From NCBI GenBank assembly GCA_951406725.2, contig OX597814.1, forward strand, positions 199,330,001 through 199,394,000: 64,000 nt of DNA. Direction: 5' to 3'. The translations under genes and the position numbers were made by a program. Position 1 is the first letter of the stretch. Each line of letters starts with the position of its first letter. Shown in pieces: positions 34,335-48,969 of the stretch. The DNA comes from Octopus vulgaris. Lineage: Eukaryota. Below the pieces are notes generated by a model. The model did no database searches. It was not told the origin of the DNA and worked only from the letters and a program-made list of their open reading frames with translations.

Positions 34335-35340
34335 AAATTTGGATATGATATATCTAGACTTTGTCAAGGCCTTCGACAAAGTTGAGTATGTCGATGATAT
34401 GTCAGAAACAGCGTGACCTTGGTCTCGTTGGAAAAGTTGAGAAGTGGCCGCACGACATTTTGAAGAGGCAGAAGTCTTACAGTTGCAGCCAATGGTGTTC
34501 TTTCTGAAAAGACAACAATTCTCAGCAGAATCCCTAGTGGAACTGTACTGAGACTCCAGGCTTCAACTTTTCGTGGTGGCTCTTTCAGATATGCTTTCAG
34601 TAATACATTCAGCCACCCTCACCAATTATGCCGATGATACAGAAGTATCGCAAGGGGGTCAAGGACTCTGATGGCTCCCTAAAACTGCAGAAAGACCTGA
34701 ATGCAATTTATAAGTGGGTAATGAAAACAATATGAAGTTTAATACTAAGAAGCTTCAAATACTCTACTATTGGCCCACAACAAACAGATTGTAATCTGAA
34801 TGCACGGGTCCCTGGGATAGCGTGATCCCAGAGTCAGTGGATGATTTGGGAATCCATATGAATAATGATGCAACACAAACAGCAACTGGGTGAAGCTGAA
34901 AGAACTGAGGCCCCACTACTAAGCGAGAAGACGCGAAAGATATACAGTAAAATACCTATGAAATATCTAGCCTCGAACTTTGGAATTGAAAGTTATATTA
35001 ACCACTGAACTAGACGCCAATGCATTGTACCAAAGACACCGGCTTTTCCATCTACAATAAGGACAGCTTGGGTTCCAAGAGTCCACAACTTTTCAACACT
35101 TTTCTAAACAACCTCAGATATTTGAAAAGGTTAAATATGGATGCTTTTAAGAAACGATTGGATAAAGGCTCATATGAGATACCAGATGAACCGACATCAC
35201 GGGAGGAAACACAAAGAATTCCAATTTGCTACTTCGCCTGAAACAATTCCGAAAAGAAAGACGGGAGGTGAATGAGAAATAAAATCGGTGCCCCAGCATG
35301 ACATCAGCCTCTGTCTGAAACCAAGGAAAGAATAAAAGAA
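34335..35340 (+). mobile_element. Highly decayed CR1-group LINE 3' portion with tail
   Basis: DMIYLDFVKAFDKV, NYADDT, FKKRLDK..EIPDEP; tail CGGTGCCCCAGCATGACATCAG..CTGAAACC..AAAGAATAAAAGAA. Confidence 0.8.
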
Positions 35341-35534
35341 CAGAAAAATATGTATCTACACACACACACACAAATTTAATTGCATATAAATATATGTAAG
35401 TATATACGTACATGCACATATAAATATTCATTGTAAACATATATGTAAAAATACTTGCAATTACATATACCTTTACGTCTAAGGTATCTATCTATCTATC
35501 TGTCTGTCTGTCAGATATGTATAGACATATCTGG

Positions 35535-35845
35535 AACTCACTCGGTTACAACGACGAGTTTTTCAGTTGATCCAGTCAAAGGAAGGGCCTAAACGTGAAA
35601 TCAGCGTGCGGGCGTCTGAACACTCCACAGACACGCGCACTCTTAGCGTAGTTCTCAGGGAGATTCGGCGTAACACAGGATGCGACAAGGCTGGCTCTTT
35701 TGAATTACAAGTACCACTCAATTTTTGCTGACCGAGCGAACTGGAGCAATGTGAAATAGAGTGTCTTGCTCAAGAACACAACGCGTTGCCAGAAATCGAA
35801 CTCATGACCTCACGATCGTTAGCCAAATAGTCTAACCACTAAGGG
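35535..35845 (-). mobile_element. Diverged SINE C1-related copy
   Basis: CACTCCACAGACACG..CGTAGTTCTCAGGGAGATTC..GACAAGGCTGG plus tRNA head. Confidence 0.75.
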
Positions 35846-36954
35846 ATAGGTCATCGGCATATAAGAGTTCTCACGATCATCCAGCATTAAATTTGACTTA
35901 TACCTCGGAAAATTACAGTTGATCGGTCGGGGCCAAAAGTGGGGACTTGGTTAACACTCACCTGCTCGTAAGAATTAACTTAACTCCTTTACAATCATCT
36001 GTTTCCTGACTGTATCTCCCTACATGGCTCGCACCGCTCTTACAATTAAGATAACACTCTCAATTCAGCGAGTAGAGAAGATATATTTAATTTATTAAAT
36101 AAATTATTCTGACAGGCACTAATTCTGTTTCTTATTTAAAGTATTCGTCTGAGAGTTCAGGAATCGTTTTTCGAAAGCAACTGAACTAGCCTTGTCGTAG
36201 TCATTTATTTAATAAACAAATACATGTTCTTCACTCATTCTGAATACTTTGCTACAGTTTGTATTTTCTTTCATTCCATATATACATACGCACACATTTG
36301 CATACATCATATGTGTGTGTGTAATATATATGAAATGTCACTAGTCGCAAAAGATAATTAGAGCATTCAGTACAACGTAGTGCATTTAGACAATTACATT
36401 CAATTAACTGTTCATTATCTGACTATAAGTTTTACAGAAGGAAAAGCTGTTGTTTATAAAGAAGTATGATTCTTGATTATTAGCGTCGCTACGTTTTATT
36501 CAACCAGAGCCTGGCTGTTAGTAGGAAGTAAAAGGGCTATTATAGTGATATGAGCAGTATTGGAAGTATTATAGTGATGTACAGAATGGTGAGGTAACCC
36601 TCGTTGTTAGATCCAACAATCTCAAATATACTGTGAATAGATGGAGACATGTATTTTGTCAGATGGTGAGGTTTTTACATTTATATAGATATCAAAGTAA
36701 GCAGTTATATTCATATATGCACAAAACACACACCTCCATTTATTGTAATGTGTACTTACAAATTAATTTGAAACTCTCTATAGATGTGTGCATATCATTG
36801 CATTCACATACATTGAGAAATAGACATGCAAACATATGTACCGAAACATATATATATATCAGCGTCGCACAACTGGCCCGTTTGAAAATACCCTTCAATC
36901 GTTGGGGAATATGCTGTGCATGAGGAGACTTTTTATCTGAAGTGAAAAGGTAAT

Positions 36955-37291
36955 CGACGCCAATGCTGCTTGACTGACATCCGTGCCAGCGGCACGTAAA
37001 AGCCACCATTCAAGCGTGGCCGATGCCAGTGCCGCCTGACTGGATCCCGTATCGGTGGCGTGTAAAAAGCAACATTCAAACGTGACCGATGCCTGTGCTG
37101 CCTGACAGGCGCCCGCGCCGGTGGCACGTAAAAAGCACCTATTACACTCTCGGAGTGGTTGGCCTTAGGGACGGCATCCAGCTGTAGAAACCTTGAAAGA
37201 TCAAATTAGAGTCTCGTACAGCCTCTTGGCTTGCCAGTCCTCAGTTAAACCATCCAACCAATGGAAAGTGGACGTTAAACGATGATGATGA
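36955..37291 (+). mobile_element. RTE-type non-autonomous retroposon fragment with three ~60-bp tandem units
   Basis: Repeated GGCACGTAAAAAGCACC units; GGCATCCAGCTGTAGAAAC; 3' end ATGGAAAGTGGACGTTAAAC(GAT)n. Confidence 0.7.
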
Positions 37292-37751
37292 TATATATAC
37301 ACGAATAACACAGAATACACAAATATATACTCAAATGTGTGCACATACAATAGTATATATTTCTACAATATACACGAAGATATATTCACACAGAAATACA
37401 CCCAAATGAGATCAAATATGTACTAAATGTTAGGAAGAAGGTTGGAGAAAGACAAGAAGCAGGAGTGGCATTTGTTCATAGATCTATAAGAAACAAGAAT
37501 GGCAAGTGGTGGAATGACTGAGAGGATTAAGAACGAATACACTAATGCGAACTGATGAGATAGTGTGGGAGTGAGAGATATGAAGAAATAAGAAAGTAAT
37601 AAATAAGCTATAGTTCTGTAGATGTAGAAAAGTAAGATTAGTGTAAGGTCTACCTGTGGATTGTTGTTTTATGTTGCATGGCGTATTGTTATCTTTGATC
37701 TGGTGTTGGCTTCACTGTTATTATAAATGACTGTCAAGGATTTACATTTGC

Positions 37752-37924
37752 TCTTTTATTCTTTTCCTTGTTTCAGTCATTTGACTGCGACCATGCTGGA
37801 CCATCGCTTTTAGTCGAGCAAATCGACCCCAGGACTTATTCTTTGTAAGACTAGAACTCATTCCATCGGTTTCTCACGGGAACGCAAACACACCAGCATC
37901 GGTTGTCAAGCGATGCTGGAGAGA

Positions 37925-38011
<87 letters not shown>

Positions 38012-38172
38012 GACGGGCTTCTTTCAGTTTCCGTCTACCAAATCCACTCACAAGGCTTTGGTCGGCCCGAGGCTATAATAGAAGACACTTGCCCAAGGTG
38101 CCACGCAGGGGGACTGAACCCGGAACCATGTGGTTGGTATGCAAGCTACTTACCACACAGCCACTCCTACGA
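37752..38172 (-). mobile_element. SINE A, full length
   Basis: Reverse complement of the family A consensus. Confidence 0.92.
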
Positions 38173-38407
38173 CTACAAAAATTTCAGCATTTGATATAGA
38201 TATATGCTTCAAATGCACTGAATAGATACCATTTAAACCTTTCTAGTATTCTCAACTTTATATTGAAGACTTTGTCGCTCTTTATTTCCAAATGTGACTT
38301 GATGCTTTTGTGACGTTCGTCGTTTCTGTTCGTCCAACTTTGAAGCAAGGCTGTTATATTGTTCCTTAATTTGCCTTCTGTCACACCTATATATATCATC
38401 CTTATTT

Positions 38408-38640
38408 GAAGGCGGCGAGCTTGCAGAAACGTTAGCACGCCGCGCGAAATGCGTAGCAGTATTTCGTCTGTCGTTACGTTCTGAGTTCAAATTCCGCCGA
38501 GGTCGACTTTGCGTTTCATCCTTTCGGGGTCAATAAATAAAGTACCAGTTTCGCACTGGGGTCGATGTAATCGACTTAATCCCTTTGTCTGTGTTTGTTT
38601 GTCCCCTCAATGTTTAGCCCCTTGGGGAACAATAAAGAAA
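38408..38640 (+). mobile_element. SINE B monomer
   Basis: Family B consensus; ATCCTTATTT repeated at 38398 and 38667 with an expanded (TA)n between. Confidence 0.92.
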
Positions 38641-39812
38641 TATATATATATATATATATATATATAATCCTTATTTAGTATTGGATATAAATCTAATGAG
38701 GCTAACTCAAGTTTCATATATTGCTGTTTTTGCGTTGCAAGATACCTCTAATTTGCATAATGTTGGGTTTCCTCAGCTGCTGGCATCGCGATGATATGCG
38801 TTTAGGGTTTTATATTTAACTTGCTTTGGGGTTACACTGATTTCTGTTTGTGTTCTGTTGCTATCGGTGATTTTGTCTGTATATGAAGTTATCTTTGAAG
38901 CTTACGTTAATAGAGTCCGCTTGATTTTAAGTTTATGTTATTGTCGTGCATTATCGATTATTTCCGTACTAGATGAAAGAGCAGATAGTTTTATGCTGAT
39001 TTTATTGACTGTGTTTCGAAATATTGTCAGCGGGTGACAAGCTTGTTTCCGTATTTAAGTGACTTTCTCATTACGTTTTGTAAATTGTTTACGAAAGTGA
39101 AAGTTGGTGTGTATTTTTTTTTATATAATGACATCTAAGAAATCTATACTAGTGAAATTGTTCATGATACTTAAATCTTCCATGCGTTGGTCTCACGTGC
39201 GTCCATTTATATCACTAGATGAATCTATTCAGACGTACAAGATGTCTGTGCATCTATATATATATATAGATTTGTACGCATGCATATGCATATATATATA
39301 TATGTTTAAATTGTATATAGTGATATATATGTACAAATACATATATGCGTGTGTCTCTCTGTGTGCGCGTGTCTTTCCATATGTATTATATGGTTACGTG
39401 TGTATGTGGAATGTTCACATGTCTACACGATTTTGCAAATACACAATACAAAGGATGTGCATGTTCACGAGCCTATGTAAGCATAGCTGTGTCCATTTCG
39501 TTTCTATACACAAGTGTAGGCATGTCAAAACGCAGGAAGATATGAATACCTCAGCGTACAACGAACATTGTTTTTCTGTGTACTCGCTGTATATGTGAGT
39601 ATTACATTTAATCAGAGTGAGATCATTTACTAATATGCACACCAAGATCATAGCCACTGAACTACTCACTAATATCAACTAACTATGAAGTTCTGGATTA
39701 ATAAAGCATAACGATACATCCAAGCAGAAATTACGCTTGATTACAAGCAACAAAATATATAGATATATTTTTTTGTGGAAGTCAGTGTTTCAATGAATTG
39801 TATGTACTTTTT

Positions 39813-39862
<50 letters not shown>

Positions 39863-40310
39863 CACACACACACAAACGCACACATATTTAGGCGTACATG
39901 TATATATATCTTTTTATACCGTTGTATAGGTGACCGTAGGTTTGAAACGTCGAAGAGTCCTCCATTTTCCCTCAGTGTCAAACTGATACACCTTGTTTGC
40001 TGTTGCCTCACTTATCTGGGGTATTTTTCGTACAGTTTTGAACCATATATATTTAGATATATATGAGAAATGTGGGTTATATAACATACATGAGTAGTTC
40101 TGGGTTTATTGAGGAACATGTTTTTCGTTTGCGCTCATCGTTCGATGCTTTCGAACGTAATACACAGTTCCAGTCAAAAAGAAAGCAATCTAGATTTTAA
40201 TTAAACTGTCTTTGAAGTTGTGATATTCATGAAATTATGGTGCATATTTGCGTCGTCGGTGAGCTGAAACTGATAAAACCTGGATCCCACGAAAACTTAT
40301 GGTCAAATTA

Positions 40311-40624
40311 TTTTATTTTATGCGCCCTTTTCAAGCCTAGCCAGACTCATGGGCCCGGTTTCTCAGTTTCTATAGCGTATGTGTTCCCCCCAGCTAGACG
40401 GGACGCCAATCCATTGCAGCGTTACCCAAGAAACAGGAAGAAAGAGAGAGAGATAGTTGGGGCGAAAGTTTGCAACAGGGGTCGCCATCACTCACTGCCT
40501 GAGTCTCATGGAACTTTAGGTGTTTTCGCTCAATAAACACACACAACGCCCGGTCTGGGAATCGAAACCGCGATCCTCCGACCGCGAGTCCGCTGCCCTA
40601 ACCACTAAGTCATTGCGCCTCCAC
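40311..40624 (-). mobile_element. SINE C, variant C2
   Basis: C head plus a different tail (GGCTAGGCTTGAAAAGGGCGCATAAA); TSD ATGGTCAAATTA at 40299-40310 and 40625-40636. Confidence 0.9.
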
Positions 40625-41726
40625 ATGGTCAAATTAGCGAAATGAAATATTTTTTGCTACAATATTCGTCCAAAATTACCTGATGTACTATTTACTTCTC
40701 TTCTACGGCGAATGATATTCTACAAATAATAAACTCTCAAGTTTCGTCAGGGATATTCCCGTGTTTCGTTGCACTGTGACAACCCAAATTATGGATTAAC
40801 TTCCAGGAGTATCACGATAGTCGTCTGTTAATGCGGTTGGGTAGCTTCTTGCCTCTGTCATTTTCTGAGCACTTCAAAACGCAGTTATCTCATCCACATG
40901 GAAATCATGGCGTGGATATTATAATAAGTCATTAAAGAATATGTCGTTTTATTATTATTTTTTGTGAACAAAGAAAGAAGCTTAATTTAGCCGAAGGAAT
41001 TATATTCCGCTTATTAATAGAGCATTTAATTTCATGCCTGTTCGAGTAGGAAATCTGCCTTCTATGTTGCACGCAGATGATTGTCACAGCTTGCAATTTC
41101 ATAGTTGTCCTGAGGAGTCAAATGTAAGTTTAATCATCCATAATTTCAACATTTCATAAAGAGGTAAAGGCAGTGATATAATGCATGTCTAATAATTGCA
41201 ATATTCTTGAATAGCATTGAGCAAACATATCTCCAGATATGTTCTGTTGACCTTTAAGTTAAATTATCTCAATAATTACACTTTTTTTCTATAGTTGAAA
41301 TAGGAAGTGCTGTGGTTATTAAATTTCATGAAATTCAACCATTTTATGGCCCTGACCTGCAGCATATTTCAAATACATGTGGCGAAGTGAAAACTCATGT
41401 AGTATTTAATTAAATATGATTTAACAACTCCACTGATATGAAATTTTAATCAGGCCGCACAAACAAAATGATAAAAGTTTTCGGTAAAGCTAATTGAATT
41501 TCATGTCATTTGTGCTCATAAACATCAAAATAGTAAGTTAGTTCATAATCATCATCCTTTGAAATAACTGGCGAAACTGTTAATGAAACCAAGCAGATCG
41601 CGCCATATTTTTAAAAATGTTTACCCGATGTGTGTTTCAAAGTAAAGTACAACAGATAGAAAACAGAATGCAGTGTTAGTATTATTTATTGATTCCTCTA
41701 TGTGATATACGACTGCATTTCATATA

Positions 41727-41921
41727 CTCTTTTACTCTTTTACTTGTTTCAGTCATTTGACTGCGGCCATGCTGGAGCACCGCCTTTAGTCGAGCAAATC
41801 GACCCCAGCACTTATTCTTTGTAAGCCCAGTACTTATTCTATCGGTCTCTTTTGCCGAACCGCTAAGTGACGGGGACGTAAACACACCAGCATCGGTTGA
41901 CAAGCAATGCTAGGGGGACAA

Positions 41922-41953
<32 letters not shown>

Positions 41954-42141
41954 ACATACACATATATATATACATATATACGGCAGGCTTCTTTCAGTTT
42001 CCGTCTACCAAATCCACTCACAAGGCATTGGTCGGCCCGGGGCTATAGCAGAAGACACTTGCCCAAGATGCCACGCAGTGGGACTGAACCCGGAACCATG
42101 TGGTTGGTTAGCAAGCAACTTACCACACAGCCACTCCTGCG
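41727..42141 (-). mobile_element. SINE A, full length, low divergence
   Basis: Reverse complement of the family A consensus. Confidence 0.93.
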
Positions 42142-42210
42142 ACTCATATATTCCTCATATTGTTCTCTGCCACTGTAACCATTCTTCTTAATATTTTACC
42201 ATCATTTATC

Positions 42211-42241
<31 letters not shown>

Positions 42242-43060
42242 ACGATAGACAATAAATTAAATTCGAAGAGGTCACGTCTTCCGTTGTCATTTCATATTTA
42301 AACGATATCATTCTTAATATGATTAAACTATATAGTAAATTGTATATCTCTTTAAAATAATCGTGCTTTGCACAATGAATAACTATAATATTGCGTCATT
42401 AAGATATTCCTCCCTGATTTCAGAAATCTTAATATCATGACTTAATCAATCTTCGTAATAACTACGTTGAATATTTTGAACATTGCGTGTTCGAAAGTTT
42501 TACTATTAGTCACGAGAGAAGACAGCAGTTGCCAGAAACGAAAGGGTAGTCAGCTCAATACTTTTAAGTGATTAGTTCTGTCGCTTTATGTTGTGAGTGT
42601 AAATCCGGTCCAGATGGACTTCGTCAATTAGAAAAAAAAAAGTTTGGCCTTATGCCAGTATGAGAAATCACAAGAATGTTTCCCATTCTATGAAAACATT
42701 CAGTAACTGAGAGGGGAAATATTTGAGTTCTGAAGTAGTATCTTATACTATACACCTCGTAAAATACAAATTTTCAAAACTGGTGTAGTGGTTTTGTCGT
42801 TCTACCGTCTTATAATATATGGTTAACGAATGACAATCGTAAGGATTTTCTTTTAATTATTCAAGAACGTTCCTTTACAAGTAGATTATTCTGTAAGTAG
42901 CAACTGCTTCGGAATTGGCCGGTTCAGGCATCAGTCATGCGGATATGCAATATACATAGATATAAAGTATCGCTTACCCATGTATCTGCAAAGACGCATT
43001 TGAGGATAAACGGATTCAACGGGTAAAAGGTGGGTCTCATATGTATTAAAGTATCATGAA

Positions 43061-43357
43061 CTAGCAGTATCGCCCGGCGTTGCTCGGGTTTGTAAGGGAA
43101 ATAACTATATAAGCATTTTTAGAGAGTTATAGCAAAAAAAATAGCAAAAAAATGCATTAAAAATGGAAAATAAATTATGTTAAATTTTTTAAAAATCGTA
43201 GACTCATCGTAGACGCGCGCTAATACCCAGAAGGGCTCGATATGAATCACGACTATAAGATACCCGGTTTTGGTTAAACTGCACCGCAAAATGTGGGAGT
43301 AGTTAGGAATCTAAATCGTAGGAGACAGACACACAACCTTACTTTTATATATAAAGA
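43061..43357 (-). mobile_element. Non-autonomous Helitron, family 1
   Basis: CTAG end, CCCGGCGTTGCTCGGG hairpin, TC start, A|T site. Confidence 0.9.
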
Positions 43358-43979
43358 TATACAATTATGCCCAGATGTTAACCACAGTCCTAGTGGAGAA
43401 GGTGCAGGTATGGCTTTGTGATAAAACAGCTCCTTTTGCAACCGCGTGGTTTTGGCCTCAGCACCGCGCACCGCTTAGGGTCACTATTCTCCACTATAAA
43501 CCTGGACCTTGTGAGTTTATTTGATTGACGGAAACTGTTGTATATATATATATGTGTGTGTGTGTGTGTATACATTTGTGCCTGTGTCTATCACTCAACG
43601 CTAATCACTTGGCAAGCAGTGTCGGTTTATTTATATCCCCGTAACATAGCGGTTCGGAAAAGGCGTCCCCTCAAGATGGCTACGGTTCAATGACTGTAAC
43701 ATATACTTTTTGTATGTAGTGCTGAAAATAATACCAACTGAATGTGATTTGGACATTTATTAGTTATTGGTGCCAAATGCAGATACAAAATTGTTATTTT
43801 GTTATTTATTGGAATTTACTTAACGATTCCTGTTTAAAGAAATGGCTGTACTGTGAGTGTTATTTAGCGCTTGGCAACACCGTGATCTTCTCCTGGTGGT
43901 TTATGTCCAGGAAAGATTATAAACTCCGATAGATATCAGTCAGTAGTTGGCTAATGGCCCCATATTTGTTAACTATATA

Positions 43980-44375
43980 CTCTTACTCTTTTTTACTCGT
44001 TTCAGTCATTTGATTGTGGTCATGCTGGAGTACCGCCTTTGGTCGAGTAGATCGACCCCAGGAATTATTCTTTGTAAACCTAGTACTTATTCTATCGGTC
44101 TCTTTTGCCGAACCGCTAAGTAAACACACCAGCATCGGTTGTCAAGCGATGTTGGGGGGGGGGGACAAACTCAGATACACAAACACGCGCACACACACAT
44201 ATATATATACCTATACATATATATCACGGTCTTCTTTCAGTTTCCGTCTACAAAATCCACTGACAAGGCTTTGGTCGGCCCGAGGCTATAGTAGAAGACA
44301 CTTGCTCAAGGTGACTGAACCCGAAACCATGTGGTTGGTAAGCAAGCTACTTACCACACAGCCACTCCTGCGCCT
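43980..44375 (-). mobile_element. SINE A; a degenerate plus-strand copy lies at ~43400-43700
   Basis: Family A consensus. Confidence 0.9.
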
Positions 44376-45743
44376 ATATATATTGTTATTTTTTATAACA
44401 TATATTAGTAACTCTCTTTGCCTCTGGCAGAATCAAAGGTGTTCCAACCATCCAGCACGCTAACATCTGCAGATTGGGAATAACTTCTTGCTTTTCTCCT
44501 ATTTAGCTGAAAATTTGGAAAGGACCCTAAGCGTCCCGCTCCATTCTCTGATGCAATCCATTAAAACATTTAGCGATGTATACAAGAGTGCATATCTTCT
44601 GCACCGCAAGACCACACGAAAGGTTCTCTCGTGGTAAATATCGCAGTATTCTGTGTTCTAACACAACATTTACTTTTAAGTGGGGTAAATATTACCTTTT
44701 GGTATTAAAACAGTTTGTGTCACCTTCATTATATAAGAGTAAATACTCTTTATCGTCGTTGCAATATTATACATTTGTTACCTATGGTAATAGAAGTAAA
44801 TGGGATTAAAAGGGGATTTAAATGTTATTGACTAACTATTTCAATCATTTAAGTTTTACAGAGCACATGAATCCTTCATTAGTCACCATGAATCCTTAAT
44901 TAGTCGTTAATCATCGGTGTTTCGAAACACTAAGACATGTTCTTTTGATAACCTCTGCAAGATTAAATTCATCATTTATCAGGGCTTTACAAACTGAAAA
45001 GTAAAACATCACGACTGACTATCCTTATAACGGTTTAAGAGAAAATGCATTCAAGAACCAATCTCTACTGGCTCTGTCAAACACAAACAAATATTGCATC
45101 CATTTTTTTTTTAATGGCACTGGCATTTGAAGATATTTGGCTGCTATTTCTGACCGGTTTTCCGACAACAGAGATGCATCATCAGTTGTGTCACAGTTTG
45201 CTTGTGGTGTTGAGAGAATACTAACCATGTTTTCAAACTCAACCGACTTGACATGTTTAAAGGGTAATTTTCAAAATTGTTTAAGACTGTTTATTATTAT
45301 TTAAAGCTCTTAGTCTCCACGAAAGTTACAAATTCCCTATGCTATTCAGAGTTTTAGGTGTATAACATGACATCAAATATGTTAGATTATATTTCAGTCA
45401 TTCGGTCAAGCAAAATAGTAGCTAACCATTATGTGGTTAAGATATCCCTTTTGCAATTACATGGTTCCCAGATCGATCCAGCTGCATGGTACTTTGAGCC
45501 AGTGTCTTCTATTACAGCGTCGGGCCTCTTCAAACCTAAATTATATTAGATTGGCAAAATTGTGCAGAGTCCGGTTGACTGGACTGCACCTGTTCTTATG
45601 TGTAAGACCTAACCTTTTATTTTTATTTTTGCTTTAATACCACCGTTTGACTTTAGGATGTTAACGAAGTCAAAGCTTATAGACTAGTGTTCCAGCATGA
45701 GAATAACTCGATCAAATGTTACTGTTTCTTACACGTGTGTATA

Positions 45744-46012
45744 CGTTGGACGGTTTGAAGGAAGCTATTCGCGTGGAAGTCGCCAAAATCGACGGAGCGA
45801 TGCTGGAGAGAGTAGAGACCAACGTCCAAGAACACCTTCAGAAATGCATCAATGAAAACGGACATTATATGATGGATGCTGTTTTCCACACTTGATTTTG
45901 ACAAATGCTAATTTGATACAAACACATTAATGACAATAAAATGTGTTTGAAGCTAAAATTAATGATTTTGCGAATTTCTCAAAAACGTCCGTCCTCTCTG
46001 TCCCACCCTGTA
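45744..46012 (+). mobile_element. 3' remnant of a Tc1/mariner-superfamily (Tc3/maT-like) transposon
   Basis: TLDGLKEAIRVEVAKIDGAMLERVETNVQEHLQKCINENGHYMMDAVFHT*; right end CCCACCCTG-TA. Confidence 0.75.
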
Positions 46013-46367
46013 GAAACCCGGAATAACGAATGATGATAGTATTTCCTCATGGGTATTGTTATATTTAAGAATATCAGATATGACTTCAGTATTTATCGGT
46101 TATTACTTTAGTAACTAACAAGGACTGTTTAAATTATAGGCAGAAAGTATCACAAGATTTTACCATCTTTCCGATGTCCATGAACTGTCTTTTTAAAAGT
46201 ATGTTTCATATGTAAGATATACGTTTATATGTCTTCATTTTTTGTTAGTATACAAGTATTCATAGAATCAAGTATACGTTTTCCATATAATTCTTGAACT
46301 GCTGGCCATTAATATTCATCTCCTTAAAGATAGAACAGAATAATTTAAGGGAAATTCAGTTATTTCT

Positions 46368-46773
46368 TATTTCTTTATTGCCCACAAAGGGCTAAACATA
46401 GAGGGGACAAACAAGGACAGACAAAGGGATTAAGTCGATTACATCGGCCCCACTGCGAAACTAGTACTTAATTTATCGACCCCGAAAGGATGAAAGGCAA
46501 AGTCGACCTCGGCGGAATTTGAACTCAGAACGTAAAGACAGACGAAATGCCTATTTCTTTACTGCCTACAAGCGGCTAAACACAGAGAGAACAAACAAGG
46601 ACAGACAAACGGATTAAATCGATTACATCGACCCCAGTACTTATTTAATCGACCCCGAAAGGATGAAAGGCAAAGTCGACCTCGGCGGAATTTGAACTCA
46701 GAACGTAACGGCAGACGAAATAACACTCAGCATTTTGCCCGGCGTGCTGACGTTTCTGCCAGCTCGCCGCCTT
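46368..46773 (-). mobile_element. SINE B, dimeric form
   Basis: Two bodies with the shared junction. Confidence 0.9.
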
Positions 46774-46893
46774 TATTCAGTTGTTATTTCTCGCAGCTCG
46801 AGCAACCACATAAAAGCTTCCTCCTTGGTCCTCTGCTTCTATTATAAAAAGAGACGTTATAATGAATCAGTTTGAGGTTAGTATCCAACTCGT

Positions 46894-47083
46894 GGAGGCG
46901 CAATGGCCCAGTGGTTAGGGCAGCGGACTCGCAGTCATAGGATCGCGGTTTCGATTCCCAGACCGGGCGTTGTGAGTGTTTATTGAGCGAAAACACCTAA
47001 AAGCTCCACGAGGCTCCGGCAGGCTGTTCCGTTGATTCGGATCAACAGGAAATCTCATCGTCGTAACCGACGGAGTGCTTCCA
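46894..47083 (+). mobile_element. SINE C1, internally deleted
   Basis: TSD AGTATCCAACTCGT at 46880-46893 and 47084-47097; the deletion joins at a GCAGG microhomology. Confidence 0.9.
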
Positions 47084-48645
47084 AGTATCCAACTCGTAAA
47101 TAAAATTCCATATTTGCTGTTATTTGAAAGTTTAGATTTAAGTAATTTGTTTATTCATTAGGTAATTTGTTTATTCATATAGCTCACAATTATATGTTTA
47201 TGTGCACGTACAAAAATAATATACATATACTTCATTGAATCATGTTTCAGTTTGGAGTTGATTTGACTTGAAAATCAATCATAGAGAGAGATATTGCTTG
47301 TAATAATGCTGTCGTCATTAAAACATTTACTACCGTTCATCAAACTCTAACGTGATCATGAACCACTATTTCAGTCATTATTTTCACTTCATTATCTTGC
47401 TTGGCTGCTTTCTCCACCTATTGCTATAACAACCAGATTCGTCGCTTTAAATTATCTTATACTTTCTCAAAATTACTTAGACATCAAAAACGTTTCATTT
47501 GTCTATTATACTGTGAACACATTCTCTCATTTATTATTCAACCATATTTGATATTTATTGTTTTCCGTCTCATTTTGCAGAACTTGTTTCTGTTTGAGTT
47601 CTTTACTTATAATTGATATTATTATATATCTTGTCGGTGACTAGATCTGTCTATATGAAATCTAGGTCTGCCAAGCTTCTCTTTCTCTCTCTCAGCCTGC
47701 GTGTTTGTATGATTTTGTAATTGTCATTCTGTGTCCCTTTCTTTCTCTTTACCGCACACACGTGTAAACAATATTTTAATATACTCAAGGTATATATGCA
47801 TTTGTAAGGAGTGTTGTAATTATATTTAAATTTAACTATTTAGACTGCTGACGAACAAAGTACCGTTTACACGTTTGTTAAATGTAGGAAGAAATAAGAG
47901 GTGTAATTCATGAAAAATATATTTGCAAATATATTTATTTTAATGTGTAATAAATATATTTATTTTTAATATGTATAACCACATGGAGTAATTCTATTTG
48001 CAAGAAAGTGATCTCTGACCTTCTCCTTCCTTCCAAAACCGACGAGTGCAATGCCGTTAACTGGTCGTAGTTTATCTAGGAATGTTACTCAGAATAATCT
48101 TCATTTGAAGGTTTGTTTTATTCACATTTGCTATAAAACAACTCAACTAAAAGAAAAACAAATCTCAGACACTTCTTGGAAAGTAGTTACAAGTCGACGG
48201 TTGAGCTACAAGTAAAAATATGAATATACAGGTTGAGCATACAAGTGGGGTGACGTTTTGATAATGATTGACTGAGGGTAAGGATTAGTACTTGGCCTAG
48301 GGCAATGGGAGTGGGCAGGCTATGGACAACGAGAGACGAACGAGTAGGTCTGGAGTGACTGAGTGGATATGATACTGTACAAGCGAGTTTTGAGGAACAG
48401 AAGCCCATCGGTGGTGAAGGAAAAAATTAATGACACGGCACGTGTATTGACCTGAGATTTTTGAAAAATGCTAATTTTGATGTAGTTTTCTACTTGTAAT
48501 TACTGTCACCTTGTGATTATGCCTCCTTTAACGAGAGAATGTACGAAAACCCAATCTAAGTGTAGCTAGCTCTGTGTCTTGTAGATAATTCTATGCCTGG
48601 AGTGCAGTCGCAGTTCATACGAAAGTTGTAGTAGGTAACGAACTG

Positions 48646-48854
48646 ACCTGTTTACGGTGACTAACAATAGATCTGTGCCTGTGGTGGAATGGTTATTACA
48701 CTAATACTGGGCAAATGAAATAGCTTCCTTTTCCGGATGGTGACAGTGAATCAAAACATTTGCAATTTCTTCAAGCCTCTGCTACTGGAAAATAGCAAAC
48801 GACTTCTTATAAACGCGCATGAGAATAAATAAATGAAAAATGGCAAAACTGCTC
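48646..48854. repeat. Left arm of a 209-bp inverted duplication (partner 51673-52024)
   Basis: Reverse-complement match with about 5 mismatches once the MITE in the right arm is removed. Confidence 0.95.
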
Positions 48855-48969
48855 GGTCGACTTTACATAAAACCGTGTATAGAACATATAAGTGGTTTAA
48901 TGATTAAGGTTTTGTATGAGATAAATTTACAACCATCCGACACAAGAATCTTTTTACCATAGTAAAATA

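Noticed and set aside
36960-37140. CRISPR-like repeat array
   Set aside because: Eukaryotic context; the units are whole ~60-bp tandem repeats without unique spacers, inside an RTE-type element
46891-46965. tRNA gene call for SINE heads
   Set aside because: A and B boxes are present, but each head continues into a SINE body with a TSD and has no proper acceptor stem
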